Source of the DNA: Microthyrium microscopicum
Taxonomy: Eukaryota
Direction: 5' to 3'
Length of the DNA stretch: 64,000 nucleotides
Assembly (NCBI GenBank): GCA_010405405.1
Contig: MU004240.1
Span: forward strand, 758,316-822,315
Part shown: positions 1 through 11,955 of the stretch, in pieces
Layout of the letters: every line of letters begins with the position of its first letter
Numbering within the stretch: position 1 is the first letter of the stretch
Made by a program: the position numbers and the translations under genes
The notes under the pieces: generated by a model
What the model saw: the letters and a program-made list of their open reading frames with translations, nothing else
The model's database searches: none
Told to the model about the DNA's origin: nothing

Positions 1-1261
1 CAAAAGTGAGAGCCAGTACTCCGGCCCAATACATTGACCTTGGGGACTTCTTGCTTTCCGACCACCATCCGAGCTTACTAACAGGCGCCGGATCATCCGC
101 ATCGAGCCACAGTTCGTAGAGCCGCTCTCCCCAATGTGGAAATTTCTGATAAAGACTGTCCACGTCAGTGGGCTGAAGAGCGTCTCCGGGGCTTTCATGT
201 TGTTGCTGGTAACGCTGCAAAGCCAGCAAGCGGGGATCGGCCTGAAGTGTCTTGATGCCTCTGTTTAGTATGGCGCGTGAGCGCCTCTCATGAGGTGGAA
301 ATAGCATCTCTAAACTACGGAGAGTTTCGCCGACAAGTTCCTGACTGAGACATCTGGATATTGCTCTAACATGACTGTTAATTGATATCAAAGACCAGAA
401 TGCTCATGCATACTTCTCATCAGCACACTGCTGTGTTCGAGCGAGACATTGCTCCAGAAATCCTGTGTGAGAGAAGACATGCAGATATTTTCCATTAGCC
501 GTTCTTTCCAACGTTAGATGATCCGGTAGATGAACCGTCCATTCAATTTCAATATCTGCATATCGTTCAAGATACGATGCTGTCAGCTTTTTGAGGTGGA
601 TCCGTTCCCAGCGCTCTAAGCTCTGCCTTGTACCCTGTGAGTTGAGAGGAAATGTCCGTGCAAGAAAGTTTTCCAGACTCTCAGCATATGACCAGGATGG
701 TCTGAAAATTTGTCCTGTTGTTACAACGTGGCCGGGAGCTGAAGACCGCGGTGTTACTAGGAATACCATTCTTACTACTAAATCCAACGCCCAATCATCC
801 ACATGTGCATCCTCATCTGGTGAAGATGATGTACTTGTATGCAACAGCTCAGTGAGCTCCTGGCGAGATTTTCCCGGCGATCGATTTAGGATGTCAACGA
901 TAGCGATTAGGCGATCGTGTACCCGGTGGTTGCCTCCTTCTGGCGCTACAAGCGACGGATGCAAATGGGCTATTGGAGCTATTTCATCCGCGTAGTACTG
1001 GAACCAGTGATCCAGTCGTCGCTGAGCCTCGTTATTCCAGCTACCGCTCCAAATCGCTGCTGCTAAGTCCTTTCTGGTCTCGCTGTCGATCTCGAAAAGA
1101 ACGTTTGTTTCTTGCACCTGAGGTGGCTCTGTTTCTTGCAACATCTCGAAAAAGCTTTTTGATTTACAGGTTAACGTTTCTGAAGGGGGGCTGAGCGCTT
1201 TATCTCTGCAACGTCCTACTTTCTGCCTTGCGCTTGTCAACAGGCTGAGGCTGAGCTCCAA
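1..1261 (-). CDS. Uncharacterised fungal protein, probably C-terminally membrane-anchored; 3' end runs off the window and the start codon is uncertain
   Basis: ORF 404-1261 ends in an intron (GTATGC donor near 413). The frame continues ...ELVGETLRSLEMLFP...FPHWGERLYEL...GWWSESKKSPRSMYWAGVLALTF to position 1. Motifs such as LTASYLERYADIEIEWTVHLPDHL recall a widespread ascomycete hypothetical family. Confidence 0.75.
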
Positions 1262-1572
1262 GTCTATTCTCTGCCAAGGAATGCATCTGTTTCAATCTTG
1301 ACGCATAAGCGCAACTGACAAGCTCAATTCGCGCGCTTTCTTTTTTGAGTCTGTCTACTTGCGCACTTTCGTATCTCTTCTTTACCATTCTGCAAATTCC
1401 TGATATGGAGCTCATGACTTATTAGTACGGGGGAATTTCCTTGTGGTTGTCGTCCCATCAATTCCACGTCTCGACGCGTACGGAGTAATGCCTAATATGT
1501 CGTAATTACCTACCAAGATCGGTACAACTACTCGGATATACAGCTCCTGGCGAAGGAATTCCAACAACGGCC

Positions 1573-4553
1573 ATGAGTGGTAAAAATCTGGAGGACACAC
1601 AGCCGGGAGCTCTCTTGCCTGTCCATCCGGCCGACGCAGGCCAGGCGATCTCAACGAAACCCGGGCTACGCTCACTACTACTGGCAGAAGGTTGCCGTTT
1701 GGGGAACAGCGTCAGACGTAACAGCATCCCCAGGATAAAGCCAAGCAATTCCGATGTTGGACCACCAACGCCGAACATCCTGATCAATGGCCAGGAAACT
1801 TCAGCTCGAATTGTTCAGCACACCCAGACAGTGAACAATACTGCCAATCTTCCGAAAGCAGAGAAGTGCGTGATTTTTCGCCCAATTACTGAACGATTTA
1901 CTCGGCCGTTATTTGCGTCTCACATAGGAGTTCGGGTCAAAAGCCAACTAACTTTCCGAGATGAAGAAGAAAAGACCTCATGCTACGCCAAGTTGCAGAA
2001 GTTCGCTGAACACGTTGACAAAAATTCCCTTGGGTTGTTTCGTGGTCACGGCAAGCCGACTCTAAGTTTTGACCTCGTTTCCGTTGAAGGCCTGCCTTCA
2101 TACGAAAAGCAACCTTGTATTATGATTCGTGGTCTCAAATCAACAAAAGATATTGCCTATTTCCATGGGTTCATGTCAATAAAAGCTGTGCGATCGGTTT
2201 ATATTCCACTAAAGCTATGCTATGATCCGTCTCGTCTCAGGCGACCCGCAAGCAATGAATACGAAGTGTCCTCAACTACGGCTGATAAAACTCTCTGTGG
2301 GCAGCTTATACAACACAGAACAGAACACGGGAATTCGACCTCAACCATTGGCGGCATCATCGAGGTTGACGGCAAATATCTAGCATTGACTACAGCTCAT
2401 GAGGCCTCACAAAACACATTGGCAAGTCTGCGCTCATCTCCAACAACCGACATGCTCCTAGATGACTGGAGCTCAGACGATGATGATAGTGATGATGATG
2501 AGGAGGATCTAGAGGGTCAACGGGCCCTGATATTAAACAACGAAGTCTGGAAGCAACAAAAACAGAATCGTTATGTCACACAGGAGTCAAATCCAGAGGT
2601 CATTGAGATCGAGTCACCTCTGTCGATATTCCTTGAGCAACCCATGGCAGAAAACGCCAATACTTCTGACTGGCGGCTACACCCTATCGCTGCTAAAGAT
2701 ATACGACCAAATCTACTGGAGATTGGGGATGTACAAAAGTATACGAGCTCAATAGAACCTTCGCCTAAGTCGGAGAATGTCTACATTCAGTGCGGGAAAA
2801 GTGGCCAACTGACGGGGGAGATTTCTCCAAACCTGTCCTTCTTGAAACCGAGCCCAGATAAGCCTTCCTTACTATGTTGGATGGTAAGTCTCCACAACAA
2901 GAATCATATCGACTTTATCATTCCTCCATGTTCGGTCTGAAAGCTGTTCTGTGAGGCGTCACAGAGTATCCTCTAGACAGATTCGTACCAATCAGGCTGG
3001 CTATCATCAATTACCATGGAACAATGCATGAGAAGTCACTAACACTTTGCAGGTTGTCCTTAGTATTGGTAACAGTGAGTTATGATCCTACGTGGCCCTT
3101 GACATCGCTAAACAGCCCAGCTCTAAATACCGGCGATTCAGGATCATGGGTGATCGGCGAGTCTGGCAACAATGTCTTCGGTCATATCGTCGCCTGCACA
3201 GGCAAGGTATGCTATCTGATACCGATGCATGACATTATGAAAAGCATCAACGAGCTCCTCAAACCCACTTTCGCGCCTCGGTTAGCACAGCCTTATTATA
3301 CACTAGCCATTACCGCATACCATCTTTTCCAGAGCGACGTCACGAAGCATCAAACCAGAGCTGTCACCTTAGCTACCCAGGCTGCATCATCAAATGTCCA
3401 GTCGAAAATCCTGGAGACCAATGATCACAACGGCCCTGCTCTGACTGTGACTGCAGAAAGCGACATAGCTAGGAAAATTTTAGCCGAACTCATATGCATC
3501 TGCGGACCCACGTTTGGTAGTGCCATCGATAAACCTGCTGGTTGGCTACAAACTCACAGCAAAGATATAGTTAAGGCTTCTCGCCTATTTGGTACATCGT
3601 ACTCTGGCGAGCAATATTTGGAGTGTCTTAGACTTTTTGCTGCCATCAACCGAAACCTACCTACGACTTGCTCAAAAAGTCTACTCTCAGTTCTCGCTGG
3701 GGATGACTGGTTCAATTTACGAGTGCCAGCAAGGCTCACAGCCACGCCAACGAAGTTTGATCTCACTAGCCATATATTGCCCTCAATGCCATCAGCTGTG
3801 TTTCCTGCCACGCTTGATCCTGTGCTCCAAACCGACGATACAAGGTCTCGCAAGATTGCCGAATCTTCAGCAGTAGGTGAGGGACAACCCGAGTTCCATT
3901 CAGCTTCCAGAAACACCAACGAAATGAAGAAACGGGTAGATGAATACTTGCGCCGGAGCGTTCCGGTATGGGCACAGAGGGTCTTCAGAAGACTGGTCCC
4001 TCGAAAGACAGAAAGGTCTAACCTCCAACAAGCTACCGAGCACGGGGAAGATAAGAGGCTGGTTCATAGGCAGGCTGAAATTGTTGAACCACAAAGGGCT
4101 CCTCAGAATCCTGCTCGCGAACTCTCCGAACTTGAGATTCAACAAACGGTGGCTTTGATTCCTGCCTCGAGCTCACCTGGAAGACTAAACAAAGACTCCC
4201 GATACCAGGTTGACAGTGACAGTTTATCACATGCTTCGATCCAACCCTTCAACCGCTTCAATGGCGCCCCCTCGCAAAAACTCGAACAACACACATCAAC
4301 TCAAACAGATGATACTTCCACCTTCACCTGGGGAGCTATGGATTTCGAGATTGATCCTTTCTCACAAAATCATTCGCTTCCGCCACTACTTAGTGTCGGC
4401 CTCGATATAAGGTATGTTGGTGGAATGGCTGGAGCAAATTCCGAAGACATTCCAGAAGACATTCCAGAAGCAAATTTCGAAGACGTTCCGGAATCAGCAC
4501 TTGATGACGATGAAGCCTTGATGTCTGTGATCTCTCAATCTAATCTCGGCTAA
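1573..4553 (+). CDS. Putative chymotrypsin-fold (Ssy5/Nal1-like) serine protease with long N- and C-terminal extensions
   Basis: Motifs STIGGIIEVDGKYLALTTAH (His), TSDWRL (Asp) and NTGDSGSWV...VFGHIVA (Ser). Introns 2884-3052 and 3075-3120 flank a 22-nt micro-exon that joins the two ORFs in frame. Confidence 0.75.
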
Positions 4554-5726
4554 GTCAAGCAACAACTCAACGCTCAAGTCCTTGAGTTAAAGCCATATTG
4601 TTGCCTCAGAATAGTCAAATGACTACTTGTGTCGTCCATCATTCTCAAGTCGAATTTATAAGCCGCAACATGTTTACATAGGCACTGGACAGCTTCGGCC
4701 TTGTCTTTTAAATGAAAAGTATAGATAGACCGGGACATCTCCTAGACACCACTCAGCATGCGGCATGCTTCATGTTTAACGAGGGCTACTTTCGCTTTCT
4801 ACGATACAAGGCTTTCTACCATGTCCTTTCTTGATAGCCTCTTCCCATGAGGTAATGCAAAGTCATGGGCTAACATATTGTGCTGTAGAAACTAATCTGA
4901 TGAGTTGATTATAATCTTATCCTTCTCCACATCATATACTATCTACATGGCCTGAAGGCGTTAAAAGTATCAAAGTCACTCGTAAGCAAACGAGGTGTTG
5001 AGTGGCAAGTTGCCTGCAAGGTTGCAAGTCTGGGCGTTTATGAAGCAGTTCACTCGTATCTTTGCTCAAACGTAGCTCTCAAGTTGATCATCGACTACCA
5101 ACAGGAGCTCGATATGGATAAGTAGATGAAGAGTGTCACCCGTTATGTAACGCTGAGCGGACTGGATCCTTGAAAATTGAGTTCATGACGAGAGATGGAA
5201 AGTGCAGACATTGGCTGAGTTATTGTGTTCAAAGTAAAGTGAAATGGTACTTTAGTGGTATTGCGACACTAGAGTACTAGTAAGTACCTCATGTCAAAAA
5301 AGAGATATCTGAAGATATACCGTAAAGCACCTGAAGTCATGAAAAGCGATTTCAAGACTCTTCATTTGTTTGTGAACGAAGACTCTATCTTTTGATGCAT
5401 CATTTTGGGGTTTGAAAGTGCCCAGTTCGCAGTATGTCCATATATATCAATGTTCAGATGATAAATACGTGTTGTCAAGTTTCAAGGTTGTCTTCAAATG
5501 TTACAAATGCATGTGCACAACATTGAAGCACGATGCATGTGTCCAATGTTCAAAGATGTCGATTCCTTGGCTCCTCACAATTAAGGCTTTCACTTTCAGC
5601 CACATGCAGTGCAGCTTGAGGTTGAACCTCAACTCAACTTTCAGAACGACTTCTACAGGTACTAATGTCAAATAATCTCGCCGCCCCTACCACACTTCCG
5701 GGACTTTGCTCTTACTAGAGGTATCC

Positions 5727-6524
5727 ATGGATGATGGACGACACCTCACTAATCGCTTGCTATCACGCATTCCCTTTGTTCGCACCTCCTTAGAAGAAAC
5801 GCGCCCATCGCTCTCTGAACTCGCCCATAAAAGTCCTCCAACATCGCCACCTCCAAGGCGGCGACCTCGCAAAGGCTCTTTGCGTAAGGTACTGCTAACA
5901 ACGGGCCACATTGCGTCTTCTCGAAGGGCTGGAGAGTTCAATCGCGATCCCCTCAAATCGCTGCCACACGACATTGTTGACTCTGCGCCCGCACCACCTG
6001 CGGATCAATCGCGCGATCATTACGGTAGTACAACAGATGAAGATAATGATGGTCTTACCTTACGAGCGCGAAGTGCTTCCGGAACTTACCAACCTCTACC
6101 CGGCGCTCCATCGGGCGCTCCCATAGTCTCACGTCGAAAGAGCATGCGAAGCTCTGGTCCCATCCCCGTACCTATCGCGATGCCTACAAGCATTCCCAAG
6201 TCCATCGATGATCTCGCACCCGCTATACAATACCACGATTATTCTGAGACGGAATGGTGGGGCTGGATAATTCTTGCGGTTACCTGGATTGTCTTTGTGG
6301 TTGGAATGGGCTCATGCCTTGAAGTGTGGAGCTGGGCCTGGGATGTTGGCGAGACTCCTTATGCTCCTCCAGAGCTGGAAGATGATCCTACCTTGCCGAT
6401 TGTCGGATACTACCCAGCTCTGATTGTCATGACTGGTGTTATGGCCTGGGTTTGGGTCATGGTCGCGTGGGTGGGAATGAAATATTTCCGACATGCAAAA
6501 GTATGGGATGGAGAAGAATATTGA
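5727..6524 (+). CDS. PIG-Y/Eri1-like GPI-GlcNAc transferase subunit domain protein
   Basis: Disordered N-terminus, then two TM helices (WWGWIILAVTWIVFVVGMGS and YYPALIVMTGVMAWVWVMVAWVGMKYFRHA), typical of the PIG-Y family. Confidence 0.65.
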   Translation: MDDGRHLTNRLLSRIPFVRTSLEETRPSLSELAHKSPPTSPPPRRRPRKGSLRKVLLTTGHIASSRRAGEFNRDPLKSLPHDIVDSAPAPPADQSRDHYGSTTDEDNDGLTLRARSASGTYQPLPGAPSGAPIVSRRKSMRSSGPIPVPIAMPTSIPKSIDDLAPAIQYHDYSETEWWGWIILAVTWIVFVVGMGSCLEVWSWAWDVGETPYAPPELEDDPTLPIVGYYPALIVMTGVMAWVWVMVAWVGMKYFRHAKVWDGEEY

Positions 6525-6580
6525 TGGATAAGCAATGTACGATTCTACAACATTATCTAAGGACGCTCAACAGAGCTGTG

Positions 6581-7962
6581 CTAGGACGTCAGATACTCTA
6601 CCAACGGCTCCCTCCAGATGACGGCGTCTTTATAAACGTCCATGGCAGGAACACCACCAGCTCGCAATCCGTTTAAAGCTCCAGCAAGCTTCGGACCGGA
6701 TCCTTCCTTCTTGATTTCAGACAAAGGCTCCAGTATAGTCTTGAACCCGAAGATGATTGCACCAGACTTCTCTAGACGATGAAGGGTTTGCCTTTCCATT
6801 CTCAAGGAACACTTCAGAGGATCAACTTTCTTCGTCTCTTCAGCCCATTTGGCGATCTCCTCATCAGTTGGCGTATACGTAGGAGGAGCCATCTCTATAT
6901 TGGCTTTCGGTCTGCCATTAGACTTACTCGCGGTATCATCCGCTACTCTGATATCGATATGAAGTCCTCCAAGTTTGAACAACACGCTATCTGTAGAGAT
7001 GGACCAGTTGGCTCTTTGTACCACCTTTCCATATGGTAAGCTTGCGAAATAACGATCCATAGACTTCTCTAATTTGATCGAGTAGCCTGGCACTGGACCA
7101 TGTATACCTAAATCATCAGCGGATCGCCAAGACTTCTGGGCATTGCATGACCTACCTGCTAATGGCAAGCCTAGCTTTAGTCTTGGAGTAAATCCAGAAG
7201 GGAACGCCAAAACGAATGCATGCATGTGGAACACCTCTTTGGGTTCCATGGTCGGCACTGCGCGAAATGGAGCTGCGTTTGGGTCTGAAATCGGCAACAG
7301 AATCGCAAACTCACAATCTACATGTCGTCCGATCGTCTTCAAGCACTCCTCCGGGGTTGGAACTGAAAGTGGGACCAAATCTTGTGTGACTAGATTCCGC
7401 ACATATCGGCTTCGGAGACCTTTCTCTGTCAATTTATCCTCGGCTTTAAACATGGATGGGAATCGCTTTGGAAGATAGTTCTCAAAGATCCATGAATATA
7501 GCTCGAAAACTGCATCCCTTGCAACTGGATTGAAACCGATGGTTTCATCGGGCCTCTCAGCAATCAACTGCTGCCGTAGCTGGACCTTCTCAGAATAGGT
7601 TTTGTCCATGAGCACGATCTCGGACAGACTACATGATTGCAGACCTAAAATTGTCAATGACTACCGATAGACAAGTGGAGCTCACGAACCCATCGTGAGA
7701 TGATATACATCTCTGAATGGTCTTAACTTGACATGGTCTACGTTTGTCCAATCGAAGTCCTTCAATGGCTCTATGTCTTCATAGGGATTGGTCTTTACAT
7801 CTTCGACGCTTCCAATCTTTCTTGTCTGTGTCAGCCGCTATCGGTAGTTAGATACAGTGTTTGATGATTGATGTACTTGACTGTTACCTTACGTATCGCC
7901 ACCGAAATACCAATCAGCACCAGGAAGAAGCCAACCACAATGCGAATATCGAACAATCCCAT
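6581..7962 (-). CDS. DUF3445 / HRQ-family protein (heme-dependent oxidative N-demethylase alpha-like) with N-terminal membrane anchor
   Basis: ATG at 7962 (MGLFDIRIVVGFFLVLIG...), three introns. Motifs FPSGFTP..KLG, IHGPVPGY, RANWSI and RMERQTLHRL..SGAIIFGFKT. Confidence 0.8.
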
Positions 7963-8463
7963 TGCTTCAAGCAAGCTACGCATTCTCACTATCCTGAATT
8001 ATGTTGAAATACTCAGAGCAGTACAAGGAGTGAACAGGTGGAGATGAACTGAATCTCTACCAGTCAATGATAGCGTGCCCCTCTCGCGGCCCACCATTCA
8101 GGCTGAAGACAAGGATCATGATATGCGAATTGGCGAATCGGATACTAGAACTACCAGATGTCTCGATACGTATCGTCAGTCTATCTGCTGATGCTGGTCT
8201 ATATGAATGCAGTCGGCTCCAATTACTTATCAGGTTTTTATCCTGGTCAATGGTTCTATCATGTGGGGATACAAAATATGCAAGCACGTTAGACATATCC
8301 AGTGTCAACACTGGCATTACTTTCTTCACTCTTCATCAAGACCATAATCTTTTCATGATACTATGGATATCTCTCAGCGAGTGTAATGTCTCCAAGCCAA
8401 CCGTGTGACAAAGTGATACATCAGAACAGGGTATCTTAATCATGTTGTATTAATACAGAATCA

Positions 8464-9675
8464 TCAATCATATCCATCTCTACCTGCTACAACACCATAA
8501 GCACCACCACCCTTACCAAACATAACTCTCAAGTCTCCAGCTAGCTTCTCCGGTCGTTCCCAAGCCGCAAAATGGCCTCCACTTTCTGCCCAGCTCTCAA
8601 ACACCACATCGCCCAAAGACGGCAGTAAAAAGCTCGGCATGCCCACGATATCTTTGGGAAACTGTGTCACGCCTAATGGCACCGGAATCCAGTCCCAGAA
8701 ACCACCACTCTTGCTCGATCCCTTCTGTGCCTCATGATATATTCGCACCGAGGCTCCAGGCCCAGCCTTGGAGAACCAGTAAACCGATATCCAAGTCAGC
8801 AACTCCTCATCACTCCACTCATACCCATCTGTCCATTCCTCCAGCTTCTCGCCTACCCAGCCCAGCAGTGCCACCGGACTGTCTGCAAACGCATATGCCA
8901 CCGTCTGCGGACTGCTCTCCTGTACGCGATAGTAAGCGTTGCCCACAGTCACATAGTTCAGTGCGCGTCTCAATCCATCACGATCGCGTGCGCCCGGCCA
9001 GCGCCAGAACCAGCGAACAAGTGCAGAAGGAGCACGCATTACGCTGCCACTATCAACCCCAGCAAGATTGACGTGGACGGCACGCACGGCAGTTGGGTAG
9101 TGTCTTGCCATATTGCGACCGATCATGGATCCCCAGTCCCCGCCTTGGATGGTGTACTGCGGGTAATCGAGTGCGAGCATGAGGCTATGCAAAACTTCGC
9201 CGTAGGAACCCAGATGGAAACCAGCTTTGGGCACCCCATCAGAGAAAGCGTAGTTCGGAAGACTAGGAACAATGATATCGAATGCTGGCTCGTCATTGTT
9301 GCTCTCTCCTAATACTTTGAGAAGCTTTTTGGCTTCGAGAAAACTGCCTGGCCAGCCGTGGATGAATAGGAGAGGGATTGCGTTTGGTTGTTTGGACTTT
9401 TGATGGACGAAGTGAATGTTAAGGGTGCCAAAGTCCTCGCTTTTGACAGGCATGGTGTACATTGGCAATTCATTCAGCTCGCGCTCATGTTTTCTCCAGT
9501 TCGGTAGGTACGAGGTCCTCCAAAACTCGACTAGGCCTTTCATCCGAGCGATAGGCACGCCTTCAGCCTTTTCGTAGCCTTCGACTCCATCTGGAAGTCT
9601 TGTCAATTCCAATTTTTTCATCAACAGGTCCAAGTCTGAGTCGGGGATGCTAATCTTAAATTCGCTGGGCTCCAT
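8464..9675 (-). CDS. Microsomal-type epoxide hydrolase (EHN domain plus alpha/beta hydrolase)
   Basis: Motifs IHFVHQKS, LFIHGWPGSF, QGGDWGS (nucleophile Asp), DSPVALLGW and GGHFAAWERP. Confidence 0.93.
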   Translation of the reverse strand: MEPSEFKISIPDSDLDLLMKKLELTRLPDGVEGYEKAEGVPIARMKGLVEFWRTSYLPNWRKHERELNELPMYTMPVKSEDFGTLNIHFVHQKSKQPNAIPLLFIHGWPGSFLEAKKLLKVLGESNNDEPAFDIIVPSLPNYAFSDGVPKAGFHLGSYGEVLHSLMLALDYPQYTIQGGDWGSMIGRNMARHYPTAVRAVHVNLAGVDSGSVMRAPSALVRWFWRWPGARDRDGLRRALNYVTVGNAYYRVQESSPQTVAYAFADSPVALLGWVGEKLEEWTDGYEWSDEELLTWISVYWFSKAGPGASVRIYHEAQKGSSKSGGFWDWIPVPLGVTQFPKDIVGMPSFLLPSLGDVVFESWAESGGHFAAWERPEKLAGDLRVMFGKGGGAYGVVAGRDGYD

Positions 9676-10059
9676 TATGGCTTTCGAGAACTTCTAATAT
9701 CCTATGAACAGAGGAATGTTTTAGACTTGTAGACTAAGAGTTGGAAAGCTAAATGCTGCTCCATAATTGTTTACATGATAGGCAATTCGTCACCACAGCA
9801 CCTGCCCTCAAACCGAGGCTCACATGCTACAAATCTGAGAGTCACTTCAAGGCAACTGTGAGTTTCACACATTCATTTGTCATGGATCCAAGAAATTATC
9901 ACTTTCCAGCATGTTTTTAGTTCTCCAGTGAGCTGGGCTTTTTCATGCAACACTGCCCCCCTAGAAAGCCTGTAGAAAAGGAGGCTATGAATCGTAAAAA
10001 GTTGTTCAAGAATGTCCATTTAAATCATTGGCTTCGATTATCTAGACTTTTAACTTACA

Positions 10060-11412
10060 TCAAGTCGATCCTGCTGGCTTGATACCCATCTTGACAAACG
10101 GACTGTTGTCAAAGTTGACATAGTCATGAAAAGCAGCAGCTTGCGCCTTTGATATTGCAACTTCTTCTCCTCTGAGCACAACTCCCTTGTCATATTCTTC
10201 AAGAGCATCACTTTGCGAAACCTCACCTTTCGATATAGCAGTAATCTTCTGCACAAACTCAAAAGCGTCTTTGATGGCGAGATTCCCGCCTTGGCCACGA
10301 TGAAATGTCATACTGAATGTAGTTAGAGATAGCATGCTACCACAAAACCTTGCCTAGAACTTACCTGTGAGCTGCATCTCCAGCAAGGGTAACTTTTCCC
10401 TCCTTGTTGTCCCATGGAGTGGGTTGCCAAATTCGAAGTTGATCTGGCTTGATAACCACATCGTCAGCCAACCACTCCACGATACTCTTATAAGGATCCG
10501 CCCAGCCATCCATATGTGCTCGTAGTCGTTCTAGTCGGTTCGGTGTGTTCTCTTCGTCTTCCTTGGTTTCGATATTCCACGTCACCAAGAAGTAGAAGAT
10601 CCAAGTCTCAGGCTTGTTGATGTCTGGCTTGTCAAGCAAGAACAACCCAAGATACATGTTCTTGGGATGTGTAGCAACATCAACGTTTGGATTCATCACG
10701 CTGTCCGCCCATTTTGCCTTGTCTGCGGGCAGAGAAAATGCAAAGTTCATGAATGCATACGGCAGCACTTCTTGAGCAGCCGCATCTCCAAGCAGCCATT
10801 TTCTCACTTGACTGTTTCCGCCATCGGCGCCAATGATGACATTGCCAGTCTCTTTGCTGCCATCGTCGAAATATGCAATCACCATGTCTCCCTCAACACT
10901 TATGTCGAGAAGCTTTTTTCCATATTGGACGTCTAGTCCTTGAGCCAAATGCTTCTTTGTCTTTTGAATATTGACCCGTCTGATGACTGGAAATGTCGCT
11001 TGAGCTTTTGGAAGGCCTGTTGATCCGTCTCTGATCAAGATGCCTGCCTTACCAGCGTCTTTTGAGTCTAACGTTGGATCCGGTTGGCACACCTTTATCT
11101 CGCTAAAGAGGTCCGCGGGAAGCAGTTGTTCCAGGAGAGGAAGAGCCCAACTGAGGGTGATGCCCCAACTTCGATCCCTAGGTGTCGACTCTCGATCATA
11201 AAGACTGTATGAAATATTTCGCTTTCATTCAATCAGCTATTGAGGCTTTACGACCCAGGACGTTCTTTCACCAACCTTATTTAAACCATGAGCAATCACT
11301 AATCCAGCCAATCCTATGTTTAGAATCTGATTAGCTCTAGTTCTTCCTGAAGATAACAATGAACATCCTTACCTGCGCCAACCACAATAACATGCAAGGG
11401 TTTCTCACTCAT
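10060..11412 (-). CDS. FAD-dependent monooxygenase (aromatic hydroxylase-like)
   Basis: Spliced start MSEKPLHVIVVGAG-LAG (GxGxxG); motifs IGADGGNSQVR and VTLAGDAAH..TFHRGQGGNLAIKDA; several introns. Confidence 0.9.
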
Positions 11413-11955
11413 AACTGACAATGCAATAAAACTTCAGTCAGTAGATCAGCGATAAGACGACCAGAAATGATAGTACAAAGAAATCGCAGATCATGAAATT
11501 AAGCTGGCTTACGGTGGGTCCCCACTCAGCTCGCCGCGCCCAGGAGAGGTTGGTAAGAAATTCCAGCCACTGGTTGGTGGGAAGAAATACAACAACCAGC
11601 TTGTCACAACCTAGAAAAACAATCATGGTAAAATACACAGCTTTAAGGTCCTGAAGCTGTGACTCTTTCGAATGGGGAATCACATAGAATCCTAATTGAT
11701 CTTTGCGTTGGACAAAAGAACCACATTTGATATCACGAGAATGACTTGAAAGTGCTTCGTACGAGATCAGACAACGTACCATACTTGTAAAGCTGTAATC
11801 AAGGAACTTTTTGGCTATGATGCTAAGCTACCGCTTTCATCAGAAGTGTCAAGTTCATTGTTCGAATTTGATACAAGCTCTAATAACACTCAATGATAAT
11901 ACGTCACATCGTTCAACCATACAAGGTGTGGGTGGGTCAAGTGTATAGTAAATTG

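Noticed and set aside
4554..5700. AT-richer spacer as a transposon relic
   Set aside because: No terminal repeats or transposase/RT motifs seen.
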